Positions 1 to 9,265 of a stretch of 22,892 bases of DNA are shown here, one piece after another; within the stretch, counting starts at the first letter, position 1, and every line of letters begins with the position of its first letter. The stretch lies in NCBI GenBank assembly GCA_037381445.1, contig JARRQT010000057.1, positions 1-22,892 of the forward strand. Reading direction: 5' to 3'. The notes below the pieces were generated by a model. It was not told where the DNA came from, ran no database searches, and worked only from the letters and a program-made list of their open reading frames with translations. The translations under genes were made by a program, and so were the position numbers. The DNA is from Calditrichia bacterium. Its GTDB lineage: Bacteria; Calditrichota; Calditrichia; RBG-13-44-9.

Positions 1-1493
1 TACTGGGTATGATATTCATCCGGCCCCACCACGCCGCGGATCTCATAGCGGTCGCGGTCCGGATTATAAACAGCAATGCTTGACCAGAAGTGGGCAATGC
101 AGAGAATCATCTCCGCACCGTAAAAAGACAGGAACTCCATATCATCAGCGGCCTGATAATATTGCCACACGTTATAGGCGATGGCGGCATTAACATGTCT
201 CTGCAGGTAAGTATTATCGGGATCCCATTTACCGGACTTCGGATTAAGGTGCAGGATCTGATTCTCTTCCCGTCCGTTGCTGCCGCTCTGCCAGGGAAAC
301 ATGGCGCCCTTGAAACCTGCTTCCTGCGCGGCATGGCGCGCTTCTCCCAGCCTTCTGTAACGGTACATCAACAGCGTCCGGGTCAGTTCCGGCATCCGCA
401 GATTTAAGAACGGAAAAATGAAAAGTTCATCCCAGAAGATATGCCCGCGGTATGCTTCGCCATGCAATCCCCGGGAAGGCACGCCCACATCCAGGTCGAT
501 GGTATTCATGGAAGTGGTCTGAATGAGATGAAATATGTGCAGGCGCAGGATAAGCCGCGCTTTATTGATTTTGTTTATATCTATGTCCACCCGGTGCCAG
601 AGAGTAGACCAGGCCCTCTTATGGGATTCAAGCAGCTCCGCGAATAAACCGGCGCGACGCAGCTCTTTGCGGGCGTCCAGACCGGGCTCGGAAATTGCAT
701 CATCCCGCGAAGTATAAATGGTGACCACTTTTTCCACCCGTATCGTTCGATGCTTTTCGCACTCAAAGGATAATTCCTGTGCAACATAACCGCTTTCCTG
801 CACTGTTTTTCGCTCTACTGTGATGGGCTTTGAATCATAATACGCTTGTGTCCGGGCCGCCTGCACCATCTGAATATGTGACTGGCGGGTTTCGACCCGC
901 AGAAAAATGCCATCCTCCCCTTCCCTGCCGGTTTCCAGCGGCTCAAGATGGTTTTGGTTCAACTGGCTGTAACGCTTAACCCCCGCATTAATTACTTTGC
1001 CATCCAGAGCGGAATGAATGCAGATTCGTCCGGACCAGTTTTCCGGGGTTAGCGTCCACTCAATGGCAGCCAGGTGAGGATTTTCCATGTGGACAATCCG
1101 GCGGGAAACTAGCAATGTCTGCCGGTCCTTATCATCCCGGAAGCGGATACGACGCTCAAGAATTCCGTTTTGTATGTCCAGCTCCTGAACATAATCCAAA
1201 ATTTTTACGGAATCAGGGGTAAACCAGCCCCCATTCTCGGGCCGGAAATTCAGATACAGCCAGTTGGGCCAGTTAACCAGAACTTCATTCTCGATAACGC
1301 GTCCCGCCACCTCCGATTCCATCCGGTTGTAACCTCCTGCCAGATACGTGCCCGGATAGTGCGGCTTCCCGGCTTTCACTTCTTCCTCCGCTCCCCGCGT
1401 GGCAAAATAGCCGTTTCCCAGCGTGCAAAGCGCTTCGCGCAGCGGCTGCTGCTCGGGAATCCATTTATCATAAACCAGTTTCCAGTCCGTCAT
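1..1493 (-). CDS. Glycoside hydrolase family 65 protein (trehalose/maltose/kojibiose phosphorylase-like); 3' end runs off the window
   Basis: Absent from the ORF track because there is no stop in the window. My translation from ATG at 1493 gives MTDWKLVYDKWIPEQQPLREALCTLGNGYFATRG...PSRGLHGEAYRGHIFWDELF...GAMFPWQSGSNG...VVGPDEYHTQ, containing the GH65 hallmarks LGNGY, GHIFWD, GAMFPW and GPDEY. The start overlaps the upstream stop (ATGA, 1490-1493). Confidence 0.95.
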   Translation of the reverse strand, partial: MTDWKLVYDKWIPEQQPLREALCTLGNGYFATRGAEEEVKAGKPHYPGTYLAGGYNRMESEVAGRVIENEVLVNWPNWLYLNFRPENGGWFTPDSVKILDYVQELDIQNGILERRIRFRDDKDRQTLLVSRRIVHMENPHLAAIEWTLTPENWSGRICIHSALDGKVINAGVKRYSQLNQNHLEPLETGREGEDGIFLRVETRQSHIQMVQAARTQAYYDSKPITVERKTVQESGYVAQELSFECEKHRTIRVEKVVTIYTSRDDAISEPGLDARKELRRAGLFAELLESHKRAWSTLWHRVDIDINKINKARLILRLHIFHLIQTTSMNTIDLDVGVPSRGLHGEAYRGHIFWDELFIFPFLNLRMPELTRTLLMYRYRRLGEARHAAQEAGFKGAMFPWQSGSNGREENQILHLNPKSGKWDPDNTYLQRHVNAAIAYNVWQYYQAADDMEFLSFYGAEMILCIAHFWSSIAVYNPDRDRYEIRGVVGPDEYHTQ

Positions 1494-2296
1494 GATCTTT
1501 CATCCTCCAGTATTTCGATTAACTTCTGCAGAAATTCACGGGTTTGGGGAACATTTTTCAACCCATATTTGGCGCTGGTGGGCTTACCGTGATCTCCCAC
1601 CAAAATCCCGATTCCTCTCCCGGAAAGCGCCGAGAAAGCATCTTCATCCGTGATGTCATCACCGATATAAAGGGGCAGGACATCGGGTTTGTCCAGATCA
1701 AGCGCATGCAGAAGCCACATCACGGCTTTTCCCTTGTCCCAATCGATGTCCGGCTGCAGCTCCAGTATTTTCTTCCCGGTCCCTTTTCGCAGTTTGGGAT
1801 GTTCCTTCAAAACTCCATTTACTATTTGCCTGAATTCCGCAATATTCTCTTCTTTGACATTCCGGAAATGGGCCGCAATGGAAAACCGCTTTCTTTCCAC
1901 CTGAGCCCCTTCTATTTTCCCAAGTTTTTGGCGAAGCGCTTTCTCCGCCTCCTCCAGGTCCGGCAGACATTTCTTCCCCCCTTCATTTTCCATATGCATA
2001 CCGTCCGGCCCGCTGATGTCAAAACCGTGGCTGCCGGCATAATAGAGCTGATCCAAATCCACCAGATGCATCACATCCTTACGGTCCCGCCCGCTCACAA
2101 TGGCCAGCTTGCACAGCCCTGCCAGTTTGCGCAGGACAGACCGCACCTCGCTGGAAAGTACGGCATCCTCCGGTCGGCTGACAATGGGTGTCAGCGTTCC
2201 ATCATAATCCAGAAAAACCGATAAGGTATTGCATCCCAGCCGTTTTTGAATTTCATCTTCCTTCTGCAGCGCGGACGGCAGATCTTTAAAAAGCAT
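1490..2296 (-). CDS. otsB: Trehalose-6-phosphate phosphatase (HAD IIB)
   Basis: Motifs FLDYDGTLTPIV, VSGR, YAGSHG, WDKGKAV, IGDDITDEDAF. GAGGAGG RBS upstream. Adjacent to GH65. Confidence 0.95.
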   Translation of the reverse strand: MLFKDLPSALQKEDEIQKRLGCNTLSVFLDYDGTLTPIVSRPEDAVLSSEVRSVLRKLAGLCKLAIVSGRDRKDVMHLVDLDQLYYAGSHGFDISGPDGMHMENEGGKKCLPDLEEAEKALRQKLGKIEGAQVERKRFSIAAHFRNVKEENIAEFRQIVNGVLKEHPKLRKGTGKKILELQPDIDWDKGKAVMWLLHALDLDKPDVLPLYIGDDITDEDAFSALSGRGIGILVGDHGKPTSAKYGLKNVPQTREFLQKLIEILEDERS

Positions 2297-2323
2297 TTTT
2301 CCGTATCCTCCTCATCTTTCAGA

Positions 2324-2905
2324 TTACAGTTCATCGAAATTGTGTATTACAATATCAGCCCCGTTTTCTTTTAAATCATCATCATTCCCGGTGCGCGCGA
2401 TGCCGATCACCAGGCCGAACTTTCCGGCATGGCCCGCCTGCACTCCCGCGACAGCGTCCTCATATACAACCGCATGCTCGGGTTCCACCCCCAGTTTGCG
2501 GGCGGCATCAAGAAACAGATCGGGCTGGGGTTTGCCTTTCAGTTTCTCCTCCCGCGCGGTTACACCATCTACCCTGACATCAAACAAATCAGTAATACCG
2601 GCGGCTTCCAGCACCTGCGCGCAGTTTCGGCTGGAAGAAACCACCGCGATTTTCAGCCCTTTTTCTCTCCACATTTTGATATGTTCAACAGCGCCCTCAT
2701 AAGCATCGACGCCATTTTTATTACCGGCTATTTTCTGATCCGGAGGAAAAGAACAGCTTTCTGGGTCAAAGCCGGGTCGTTTATTCTCAATCTCTTTCCA
2801 CGCACGGGCATGTACCCTGGAAGTCTGGGTAACCACCCCATCCAAATCCAGGATCATGGCCTTATACTTTTTCACATCCGGTATGCTTTGCCTGTCGGTG
2901 TTCAT
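2324..2905 (-). CDS. Beta-phosphoglucomutase-family HAD hydrolase, apparently with a shortened cap domain
   Basis: DLDGVVT (motif I), VVSSSRN (II), GKPQPD (III), YEDAVAGVQAG (IV), GADIVI. GGAGGAG RBS. First gene of the trehalose cluster. Confidence 0.88.
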   Translation of the reverse strand: MNTDRQSIPDVKKYKAMILDLDGVVTQTSRVHARAWKEIENKRPGFDPESCSFPPDQKIAGNKNGVDAYEGAVEHIKMWREKGLKIAVVSSSRNCAQVLEAAGITDLFDVRVDGVTAREEKLKGKPQPDLFLDAARKLGVEPEHAVVYEDAVAGVQAGHAGKFGLVIGIARTGNDDDLKENGADIVIHNFDEL

Positions 2906-3432
2906 CTTTATCTCCTCCCGTCATCTTGTTCTGGGTTATGGCCGCCTGACCCGATTAACAACCTATTAATACGACAGTAATTCTTTTGCAAAGCAGAGGT
3001 TTCCCTAAAAAATTCCATGCTTTTCTTTCAACGTATTCAGAAGATTCTTTTGACCAACTCCGTTACAACGGCTTCCGGATTCAGAATCCGGATAGCGAGT
3101 TTCCTGACGATCAGAATCCATATTCCCGAAGCTTTGTCTTCCCGTCCGGAAACCCTTTATTTTAAAGCATGACGTATTTTTCTAACGATGGAGTGATTGA
3201 AAAGTTTTAACGGGAAGGATGACCGCATTTATACCAGAAGCATTTTCTTCAAAGGCAAGCAAAAGATTCCAGTTTTTAAAACGCGTCTGGCGAGCAAGCA
3301 ACGCCAGGACGATTAATGAGAAATATTGACTCACCGGGACTGTGAAATGAACCAATAAATCTCTCGATCCGGCATTGAATCCGCCATATCTTTTCAGATA
3401 CAATCAATTTTGATGAAAGCTATTCCAGCCGC

Positions 3433-4914
3433 TTAAATCCCCTGCAGCTCTTCCAGCTTATTTTGAAGGAGGTCCCATGCCAGGCGGATATGCCGCTCCT
3501 CGGTGTGCAGATTGCCAATCGCCATCCGGATGACATAATTTTCACCCAATTTGGTATGGGACAGAAAAACCTTTCTGGTATCGTTCACCGCCTGCAGCAG
3601 ACGTTCATTCAGGCGATTCAGCGATTTGGTGTCATTCATTCCCACAGGATGGGCGCGAAAACAAATGGTGCTGAAGGGCGTGGGCGCCACCCGCTCAAAA
3701 TCAGGGTGTTGGTCAATCCATTCTGCTACTGTCGCAGCATATCCGATGTGGTTCCTGATCCGCCTGATGATACCTTCCTGCCCAAAATAGCGCAGCACAA
3801 ACCACAATTTCAGGGCCCTGAAGCGGCGTCCCAGTTGGATGCCATAATCCATCAGATTTTCTACTTTGCTGTCTTCAGTAGTTTTCAGATACTCGGGAAC
3901 CAGGCTGAAAGCGCGCTTCAAAACTTCCGGTTTTCTGGTATAGAAGGCACTCAGGTCGATGGGAACGAACATCCATTTATGGGGATTCACAACAATCGAA
4001 TCGGCCTGCTCGCAGCCGTCCAGAACATAATGCATTTCAGGGACAACCGCCGCCGAGCCGCCATATGCCGCATCCACATGCAACCACAAGTTCTCTCTTT
4101 TGCAGATTTTCGCGATCTGCGGCACCGGATCGATGCTGGTAGTGGAGGTCGTCCCGACCGTCGCCACCACACAAAAGGGCATCCATCCATTCCTGCGGTC
4201 TTCAGCGATGGCGGCTTCCAGCGCCCCCGGCTTCATGCGGAATTGATCGTCAACCGGAATCTTCTGTACCCCCTTGGTTCCAATTCCCAATGTAATTGCC
4301 GCTTTCTCGATGGAGGAATGAGAATGCTCCGAGGTATAGAGCCGCAAGCGCGGCGCACCATTCCGGCCCGACAATCCATTTTCGCGAATGTTCACATTTT
4401 CCACCTGCTCCCGGGCCGCAGCGATGGCGTGCATGCTGCTCACCGAGGCAGTGTCGTAGATAATTCCCCAAAACGCTTCGGGCAATCCAAGCATCCGTCG
4501 AAGCCAGTCCATGACGGTCTCCTCCAATTCCGTAGCGGAAGGACAGGTCTTCCACAGCATCCCATTCACATTAAATGCGGCGGAAAGCAGTTCACCCAGA
4601 ATGCCGGGCCCGCTGCCGGTTATGGAAAAATACGCAAAAAAGTCCGGGTGATTCCAATGGGTCATGCCGGGCATGATGATGCGATCCACATCCTCAAGGA
4701 TTTTTTCCATGCTTTCGCCCTCGACCGGTGCAGAAGCAGGCAATTTGTCACGGATATCTCCCGGCTGAACTTTCGGCAAAACCGGAACCTCATCCAAATG
4801 ATTAAAATGGTCAGCCAGCCAGTCGATGAGCTGATGTCCGTACTTTCGGAATTCCTCCGGCGGCATGTCGCCAGTAATAGCAGATTGCGGAGGTTTAGTT
4901 TTGCTTTCGGACAT
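3433..4914 (-). CDS. Pyridoxal-phosphate-dependent group II decarboxylase, aromatic-L-amino-acid decarboxylase-like
   Basis: PGMTHWNHPDFFAYF, CPSATELE, HSS, VATVGTT, WLHVDAAYGG, NPHKW (PLP lysine), LGRRFRALKLW. Start placed at ATG 4914, which follows AAAGGAG; the alternative is 4932. Confidence 0.93.
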   Translation of the reverse strand: MSESKTKPPQSAITGDMPPEEFRKYGHQLIDWLADHFNHLDEVPVLPKVQPGDIRDKLPASAPVEGESMEKILEDVDRIIMPGMTHWNHPDFFAYFSITGSGPGILGELLSAAFNVNGMLWKTCPSATELEETVMDWLRRMLGLPEAFWGIIYDTASVSSMHAIAAAREQVENVNIRENGLSGRNGAPRLRLYTSEHSHSSIEKAAITLGIGTKGVQKIPVDDQFRMKPGALEAAIAEDRRNGWMPFCVVATVGTTSTTSIDPVPQIAKICKRENLWLHVDAAYGGSAAVVPEMHYVLDGCEQADSIVVNPHKWMFVPIDLSAFYTRKPEVLKRAFSLVPEYLKTTEDSKVENLMDYGIQLGRRFRALKLWFVLRYFGQEGIIRRIRNHIGYAATVAEWIDQHPDFERVAPTPFSTICFRAHPVGMNDTKSLNRLNERLLQAVNDTRKVFLSHTKLGENYVIRMAIGNLHTEERHIRLAWDLLQNKLEELQGI

Positions 4915-5212
4915 TTTGTCTCCTTTCGCCATTGCAAATTATTCCTGTATATCAACTATTCTTTGATTTAATCAAATAATTGTCCATTCCAAAATCCCGC
5001 GCTATATCATCCAATCAGATTGTTGACATTGGCCAAAAGCTTCTGGGCTGGAAAGCTTATGGAGTGTATACTTTCCGATTTCCGAAGAAAACATAATTTT
5101 GGTAAAACTTGAGTTGATGGTCCGGTTTTTCCGGAAATGAAATGCTGATAAGGGAAAATATTCTGAGTTAAATACGAAAAAGCCGGAATGCACCCGCAGG
5201 CCAATTTCATTG

Positions 5213-5743
5213 CTAGGTGCGAGAGTTCGCCGAGCGCTGCGGCGGATTCTGCCTGTACATGCCGGCCTGCACAGCGAAACCGATGACAAATAGAATCACG
5301 AAAAGCAGCCAGGCGACATTATTGGCAAATCCGATGGCCTGGACAATTAAAGCCGAGCCAATAATAGAAGAGAGAAAAATCAGGGCCCAGTCAAAGAGGG
5401 AGATGACCAGCGCCAGGCCGATAATACCACCAACCACAAAGGCGATCCAAAAGGTTACATTGGTTATTTGGGACAGATGATTAACGAGACTGACAGCTAT
5501 ATAGGCGCCACCGATAAAACCGGCGATCCCGATGGCCGCGCCTTCCAGAAAAACGGCCAGAAGTGCGCCTGCAATACCAGCAAGCAATGCAATCACAAAA
5601 ACAACCCAGAAGTGTTCCGTTTGCAGATAATGGGATGCCAGTGCCATCCCGATAACAAAACCGGCTCCCGCTACAAAAAGCCAAAAGAGCTGTCGTCCCA
5701 AAATAAGAAGCGCCACTCCAACCAAAACAGTAAAAATTATCAT
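5213..5743 (-). CDS. Multi-pass membrane protein, DUF4203-like
   Basis: About 6-7 Gly/Ala-rich hydrophobic helices with the pattern LLILGRQLFWLFVAGAGF...GFIGG...LSSIIGS...GFAVQ. AAGGAG RBS. Confidence 0.8.
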   Translation of the reverse strand: MIIFTVLVGVALLILGRQLFWLFVAGAGFVIGMALASHYLQTEHFWVVFVIALLAGIAGALLAVFLEGAAIGIAGFIGGAYIAVSLVNHLSQITNVTFWIAFVVGGIIGLALVISLFDWALIFLSSIIGSALIVQAIGFANNVAWLLFVILFVIGFAVQAGMYRQNPPQRSANSRT

Positions 5744-6285
5744 GGTTTTACTCCTTGCGGTTCACACACCTTGGTTTTGCAGGCCTGAATGCAAAGACCA
5801 ACAAATGTCTTTCAAAAAAACTTCCAATATTAAATGATTATTTAAGTCACCTAAAAAGTTTGTCATATTCATCCGAAAAGCCTGAAATTCACATTCAAAA
5901 TCTTTATCTTCAACCACTGCTCATATAAAATTGTTCATAAGTAACTTTCAAAGCAGGACAAAAATTAAGTGACATTCGAATGCATTTGAAAATTTTGCAA
6001 ACTGAACTTATTGATTTGCCTGCTGACAGACTTTAATTTTTAAATTAAGAAAATGAATATCCGGGAAAAAATTCCAGACATCCTCACGCTGACGTATGTA
6101 TTTTTAAATACTAAAAATGTCAAATTCTCATGACTTTGTATCTGCAACGAATAAGTGCATAGAAATGTTTCCTGGTGGGCCGAAGAAGAGTATTCTGATA
6201 TAGGGACCGGACAATCCTGTCCCCGTCATTAATCCGCATAAACCTTTTAATGGGATAACGGGCTCTGTTTCAATTTCAAAGAATT

Positions 6286-6879
6286 TCAGGATGCAGGTCG
6301 CGGGCGAGCTTTAATTTTTCCCATTTTCTCCGGAAATTTTCCGGTCTTACCTGCATAAAACTTCCGTATCTCAGCCAAATCCTGATCAATGTTGCCGGTG
6401 GGATAAAAAAGCGGACCAACGCCTCCTGTTTTGCAGGAATAATCCATAAATCCCAGTAGAACTGGAACTCCGGCGCCCAGGGCAATATAATAAAAACCAG
6501 TCCGCCAGAATTCGGTATAGCTGCGCGTGCCTTCGGGAGCGATGACTATTACCATTTCTTTGTTTTCACGAAATACATTTATGGTATTATCAACAAAATT
6601 GCTCGAAACAGATCTGTTGACCGGAATTCCGCGCAGGAGTTTCAGCAGCCATCCTCTCGGGCCATGGAACAATGAATCCTTCCCGATCCAGCGCAATTTA
6701 ATGCCCAGTGCCGTCATAACCATCAACCCGATGGGGAAATCCCAGTTGGAGGTATGGGGATATCCAATCATAACATACTTTGGTGCATCCGGTTTTATTC
6801 CTTCAGCTTTCCAACCGATGATTTTCAGAAAAATTTTGGAAAAAATCCTGGCAAAAGAAAGCCGCTTATCAACATACAC
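6286..6879 (-). CDS. Lysophospholipid/glycerol acyltransferase family protein (PlsC-like)
   Basis: HX4D motif PHTSNWD, GIPVNR, APEGTRS. GTG start with AGGAG 6 nt upstream. Confidence 0.92.
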   Translation of the reverse strand: MYVDKRLSFARIFSKIFLKIIGWKAEGIKPDAPKYVMIGYPHTSNWDFPIGLMVMTALGIKLRWIGKDSLFHGPRGWLLKLLRGIPVNRSVSSNFVDNTINVFRENKEMVIVIAPEGTRSYTEFWRTGFYYIALGAGVPVLLGFMDYSCKTGGVGPLFYPTGNIDQDLAEIRKFYAGKTGKFPEKMGKIKARPRPAS

Positions 6880-7222
6880 AATAAACTCCTTTACTCATCC
6901 ACCCAAACAAACCGAACTTATTGCTGAAAGAACGCGCCAAAACTGAGCAGACAATAATAAAAGAACGAGCACCCGATTGCAAGGCAATCTTTTTTGCAAT
7001 TTATAGTCGTCCTAATATGATTGTGGGATTATTTATAAATGCAGGAGAAGTACGAACAGCATCATCGGAAATGCCATTTCAAAAGGCATCTCTGTCAACA
7101 CATAATGCTGGATTCAAAGAGATGATCTCAGATTATAAAAACCATAAATAATCTTGTCCAACACCACGTATACTTTGCGGCACCGGTTTGAGGAGGCAAA
7201 TTAAAACAAGCAAGGCCTCAAA

Positions 7223-7702
7223 CTACAGGTCGCGAAGCATGACATCTTTTTTAAAACTCCGGGCCATTTGGAAGGCTTCCTTGTCGCCAAATTTTTCAAT
7301 GGAAAAGAATCTGGTCTTTACCTTGCCGTCATCTTTCCATGTAACCCGGTAAGCACGATAAAACCCGCCTGTTTTTCTTTTTCTTTTAATTTTCTGAATG
7401 CCGACAACTCCCGTATTATTATTCCTGTGTTTGGTTACAAGAATGGTGTCAGGGATTTTGTCCACAGGCTCGCCGGTGATTTTTTCCATAATTTTTTTCA
7501 TCTGCTTTTTGTAATAGCTTTTTGCTTTCATGAAAGCTTTGGCCTTATCACCGTGCTTTTTATCGCTGAAAAATTTGGACTTCACCTTTCCTTTATACCG
7601 CACCCGCACATACCATCCAAAAGTAAATTTTTCTGGCTGGTCAATCCTGCTAATACCTTTGGAAGTAAAAACACCTACATTGCCCTCGTCTCTTTTAGCC
7701 AT
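7223..7702 (-). CDS. Basic protein with two tandem AP2-like DNA-binding domains
   Basis: Repeat 1: GISRID...GWYVRVRYKGKVKSKFFSDKKHGDKAKAFMKAKSY. Repeat 2: NNTGVVGI...YRVTWKDDGKVKTRFFSIEKFGDKEAFQMARSF. Both fit the AP2 three-strand plus helix pattern (FSxxKxG...A...A). AGGAG RBS. Confidence 0.8.
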   Translation of the reverse strand: MAKRDEGNVGVFTSKGISRIDQPEKFTFGWYVRVRYKGKVKSKFFSDKKHGDKAKAFMKAKSYYKKQMKKIMEKITGEPVDKIPDTILVTKHRNNNTGVVGIQKIKRKRKTGGFYRAYRVTWKDDGKVKTRFFSIEKFGDKEAFQMARSFKKDVMLRDL

Positions 7703-8674
7703 ATCCTGTTACTCCTGATTCGCAATTTCATTTAATTAAATTTTTACATCTTTCGGCTCTGGCACTTAAAAAATTAAGTTTTCTGCTCCTGACTCAGCTC
7801 TTCTAGCATGTTCGAAAGAATTGGCGAGAGTAATTTATCTATCATTTCCGATATACACCCTTTTTAGAACTGTATCCTGGAATTTTCATCCTTATTTTCA
7901 GAATATTAGGGATTCGACCGTCAAGTAGGGCTGTGAAGACATCTCCTTTGACGCCTCAGCCATCTTCAAAACCTTGCTTTTGCTAAATCGGTTTCCCCGG
8001 TGCATTTCCGAAAATATTCGTCGTTGATTCTTAATAAATTCTTGTGCCCTATTGAGATAAAAAGCGAAACTTTGTGACCTCATCCCTCATTTTGGATTAA
8101 TTGCATTGGAATATTATTTCAATTATAACTAAAGACATCCAAGGAAAAGTTAGAGATACTTTGCACGTCCTGTGAAAGAATTTAAATTATGTTATCATCA
8201 TTATTTAATAACTCCAAAGATGTATACCACTATCCGATAGAATGGTTTCCTGAAAACCCCGATTTTTTTGATCCCGATTACAAACATTTATTCATAACAG
8301 CATATTTTTTTGAGTCTTGCATTGAGCAAAAATTATGGGCTAAAGTACATCGAATAATCCAAATAATGTTTTAAATGAAGCAGCAGTCTTTAGTCAGGGT
8401 GATTGATGGTGCCAGCCTCACTTTCTCTGACATCTCTACATAACAATCATGCAGAAAGGATTTAAAAGATCACTTCTATTAAGAACAGGGCGGAAATTAA
8501 CACTAAAGTATTATGGCAAAACATCCACAAAAAGATATTACTAAAAGTTTTAAAAAAAATTAACTTCACTTACCCTCATTTCTTTATGCAATAAGTTCGA
8601 CACCTGCGCAGCGGTTAATATTATTGATATTCGATACCTATTGCAGATCGAAAAATTCTAATCCGCGATGAGAC

Positions 8675-9265
8675 TCACTGCCTTTCCAGGCTTTTGATAA
8701 AATCGATAAATTGTTGTCCGCTGTAATTGGCCAGCCCCTTTCTTTCCATGACAATTTTTCCGTCCGGTGATATCACGAAAGTTGCCGGAATAATGCGGCT
8801 TTCATATTGCACAGGGAAATTCCCGGCTGGAAAAAAGACCGGAAAGGTATATGCTTTTCTCTGAATGTAATCTTTAGCCTTTCCGGGATTCTCATCAAGT
8901 GAAATCATGACAAAGGCAACCTTGTCCGAATGGGTCTGTTCGTATAAATTTTGGATCGTCGGCATTTCAGCAATACAGGGGGGACACCAGCTTGCCCAAA
9001 AATTCATGAAGATGACTTTCCCCTTGAATTCCTCCAGGCTAATGGGAGCCCCTTTAGGTGTGACCAATTGCAGATCATACGCCGCAGGTATTTGCTTTTC
9101 CGGCGGCAGGCTGATATCGGGTTTGATAATCCCGGTCCATAGCAGCATTCTCTGCATTTGCCCAATCACTTCAATATGAAGACCTGTCAGATAAAGAAAA
9201 GCAGGGATGACCAAAATGATCGCCCACTCAATCAAATTTCTTTTTAAAGATTTTTTCTTTCCCAA
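8675..9265 (-). CDS. TlpA/ResA-family thiol:disulfide reductase, membrane anchored
   Basis: FKGKVIFMNFWASWCPPCIAEMP (CxxC), IPATFVI (cis-Pro), N-terminal TM helix. Start placed at TTG 9265 after GGAGG; the ORF track start is GTG 9295. Confidence 0.92.
   Translation of the reverse strand: MGKKKSLKRNLIEWAIILVIPAFLYLTGLHIEVIGQMQRMLLWTGIIKPDISLPPEKQIPAAYDLQLVTPKGAPISLEEFKGKVIFMNFWASWCPPCIAEMPTIQNLYEQTHSDKVAFVMISLDENPGKAKDYIQRKAYTFPVFFPAGNFPVQYESRIIPATFVISPDGKIVMERKGLANYSGQQFIDFIKSLERQ

Noticed and set aside
3463..4971. 502-aa plus-strand ORF
   Set aside because: Antisense shadow of the well-supported decarboxylase, with no motifs. The same applies to the other plus-strand ORFs overlapping real genes (e.g. 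1544-2224, 10277-10882, 18707-19672).
7919..7968. Fluoride riboswitch or tmRNA/tRNA fragment
   Set aside because: GAAGATGG...CCTAC is only superficially like the crcB motif (no P2 or UAAUG). The nearby GGATTCGAC lacks any tRNA/tmRNA context.
7898..8374. Small ORFs 7898-8083 (-) and 8189-8374 (+); likewise 3182-3403 and 6921-7151
   Set aside because: No recognisable motifs or convincingly spaced RBS. Unsupported as genes, though not excluded.
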